This document shows, piece after piece, positions 58,915 to 64,000 of a stretch of DNA of 64,000 bases. The position numbers and the translations under genes are program-made. This DNA comes from a virus, in the IMG/VR virus record IMGVR_UViG_3300031951_000028; one strand, written 5' to 3'. Numbering within the stretch: position 1 is the stretch's first letter; the number at the start of each line of letters is the position of its first letter. Below the pieces are notes generated by a model, which saw only the letters and a list, made by a program, of their open reading frames with translations, searched no databases and had not been told where the DNA came from.

Positions 58915-59666
58915 CTTCTAAAAGGTATTATTCCTAAAGAACCTATTAAATCTTTTATAGTTGTTACTGCTCCTCCAACAACATCTTTAATTGCTAAATG
59001 AACAGCTGCTCTATCATCAGTTGGGCCAAAAAAGCCTACACTTCTAGCTCCAGTGCCAGCCGTTGTCTCTCTTACAACTCCACATACTCTAGTCCCAAAA
59101 TCTATTCCATGTATCCATGTGCTATTAGCACTATCTGGATATAAAGTATTAAACGCTGGAGATGATGGTAACGTAGTTCCAAAATCGTCTGCCCCACAAT
59201 TTATTGCGGCAAATCTTACTGAATTACCAGTTCCAGAACTTCCGTCTGTAACAGATTGTGATGCTATAGCTCCGTCATTTTGTAATAAAACTATACCTGC
59301 TGTATGCACATCTGAATTTTGACTAGATGTGACAGTTATTGCAACTGCATACATTTCATTAGCATTATTATTTCTATTAACTGTTACTGTTTGAGCTCCA
59401 GTTGGCACGCTACTTCCTAAAAACCATGCTTTACAATCACCAGGCTCACCGCCTGTATCAACAGCTCTCCAACCACCAACTGTTGTTAAACTAGAGCTTC
59501 CATAACTAACTGATGTCGCATCATCAGCATTTGCATTAACAAAAGTAAATACAAGAACTCCTTTTGGAGTTCCTACAGGCGTATGTGTCCAAGTAAAACT
59601 TGATTGATTTGTTGAACCAGTTGTCCCAGTATGGGATTCACTTCCAGCGTCATATGCTATAGCCAT
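58911..59666 (-). CDS. putative virion/fibre-associated protein
   Basis: Gly/Thr/Ser-rich beta protein downstream of fibre gene. Confidence 0.55.
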   Translation of the reverse strand: MAIAYDAGSESHTGTTGSTNQSSFTWTHTPVGTPKGVLVFTFVNANADDATSVSYGSSSLTTVGGWRAVDTGGEPGDCKAWFLGSSVPTGAQTVTVNRNNNANEMYAVAITVTSSQNSDVHTAGIVLLQNDGAIASQSVTDGSSGTGNSVRFAAINCGADDFGTTLPSSPAFNTLYPDSANSTWIHGIDFGTRVCGVVRETTAGTGARSVGFFGPTDDRAAVHLAIKDVVGGAVTTIKDLIGSLGIIPFRR

Positions 59667-59668
59667 TT

Positions 59669-60535
59669 TTAACTCTCAATAGTATAATAATCTACCTGAA
59701 CTATCAAACTCCCAGTTGTTGGAACAGAACAAGTTATATATAATTCTTCTCCATCTCCTCCTATACCAACTATACCACTACCATTGCCTTTAACTACACC
59801 AGATCCTGCTGGTATATTTGGATGACTTAAAACTACTTTAGTAACAGCATCTGCTCCTGAAGTACCTTGGGCGGGTACTCCACCAGTTCCAAAACCAAGT
59901 CTAACTGATGTATTAACTGTATTTGCTGCTGATGCAGTAACAGTAATGCTTGTAATTACATATTTTGTTCCTGGTGATATTAGTGGTAAAACATTATCAT
60001 TTGTTTGGGCTCCTGTGGTAAAATATTCTGCAGATTGAATATTTGGATGACCCCCTATAGTCCATAATATTCCATGCCTATTAGCATATAAATCTGTTCT
60101 ATCGGCAGCAGCTACGGCCGCAGGGTTTGAACTATGGGCAATTGCTTTTGCGCCTATTTTTTGCGGATTCCCAGAATCGACTCCATCATGAGCAACATCT
60201 CCAACAGCAGTCACTGTGCCATCTACAGTTATTGATGCTCCTGCATCAGCTATATTTAAAGCGCCTGTTGTTGTTAACCAAAATCTACTTAAATCACCAT
60301 TAGTAACAGCTGTAGGTGTTACAGATGATCCAACTCCACCAACTAAAATGGGATTATTTCCAGATAATGGGGCATCATGGGCTTGAATGCCGCCAACAGC
60401 TATTGTTCCAGCCGTTCCTCCATTTACTACTGAGGTTCCACCCCACTGGCCAACCGCAACCTCTAATTGATTGCTTGTATTGACAGACGCAACTTCTGTT
60501 CCATCTGTAAGTTTTATTCTTTCAACGAATGACAT
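59669..60535 (-). CDS. putative virion/fibre-associated protein
   Basis: Two internal repeats (AHDAP..NPILVGG / AHDGV..NPQKIGA); AGGA RBS. Confidence 0.55.
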   Translation of the reverse strand: MSFVERIKLTDGTEVASVNTSNQLEVAVGQWGGTSVVNGGTAGTIAVGGIQAHDAPLSGNNPILVGGVGSSVTPTAVTNGDLSRFWLTTTGALNIADAGASITVDGTVTAVGDVAHDGVDSGNPQKIGAKAIAHSSNPAAVAAADRTDLYANRHGILWTIGGHPNIQSAEYFTTGAQTNDNVLPLISPGTKYVITSITVTASAANTVNTSVRLGFGTGGVPAQGTSGADAVTKVVLSHPNIPAGSGVVKGNGSGIVGIGGDGEELYITCSVPTTGSLIVQVDYYTIES

Positions 60536-60551
60536 ATTTTTTTCCTATTTA

Positions 60552-64000
<3,449 letters not shown>

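Overview
This window is a dense, AT-rich (roughly 30% GC by eye) segment of a large tailed dsDNA phage genome. It has two convergent arms that meet with overlapping stop codons at 27156-27159. The plus arm (1-27159) holds DNA replication and nucleotide genes: primase, dNMP kinase, an intein-containing RecB/Cas4-like nuclease, two SSBs, ThyX, and a DnaE polymerase split into two intein-free genes around a DEDDh exonuclease. It also has a Rad52-like annealing protein and a free-standing endonuclease. After a strong terminator comes a ~9 kb sugar-nucleotide/glycosyltransferase cluster. The minus arm (27156-64000) is a late/virion region. It encodes a Thr-rich collagen fibre with YadA-like repeats, two sulfotransferases, multi-domain glycosyltransferases, and a cassette of exported or membrane proteins (trypsin, CarF/TMEM189-like lipid desaturase, papain-like protease, thioredoxin, PAS protein). 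It also encodes neck and tail-tube genes, two paralogous chaperone-like genes, a 2275-aa tape measure protein and a mucin-like Cys/Thr-rich tail protein. A GGTGTATA motif recurs upstream of late genes. The most interesting candidates are the protease/thioredoxin/desaturase envelope cassette, a possible virion glycosylation and sulfation system, the intein-free multi-part Pol III, and a class 3 intein that starts with His. A Planctomycetota host is suggested but is inference only. I saw no rRNA, tRNA or CRISPR array. All family calls are by motif recognition; no searches were run.
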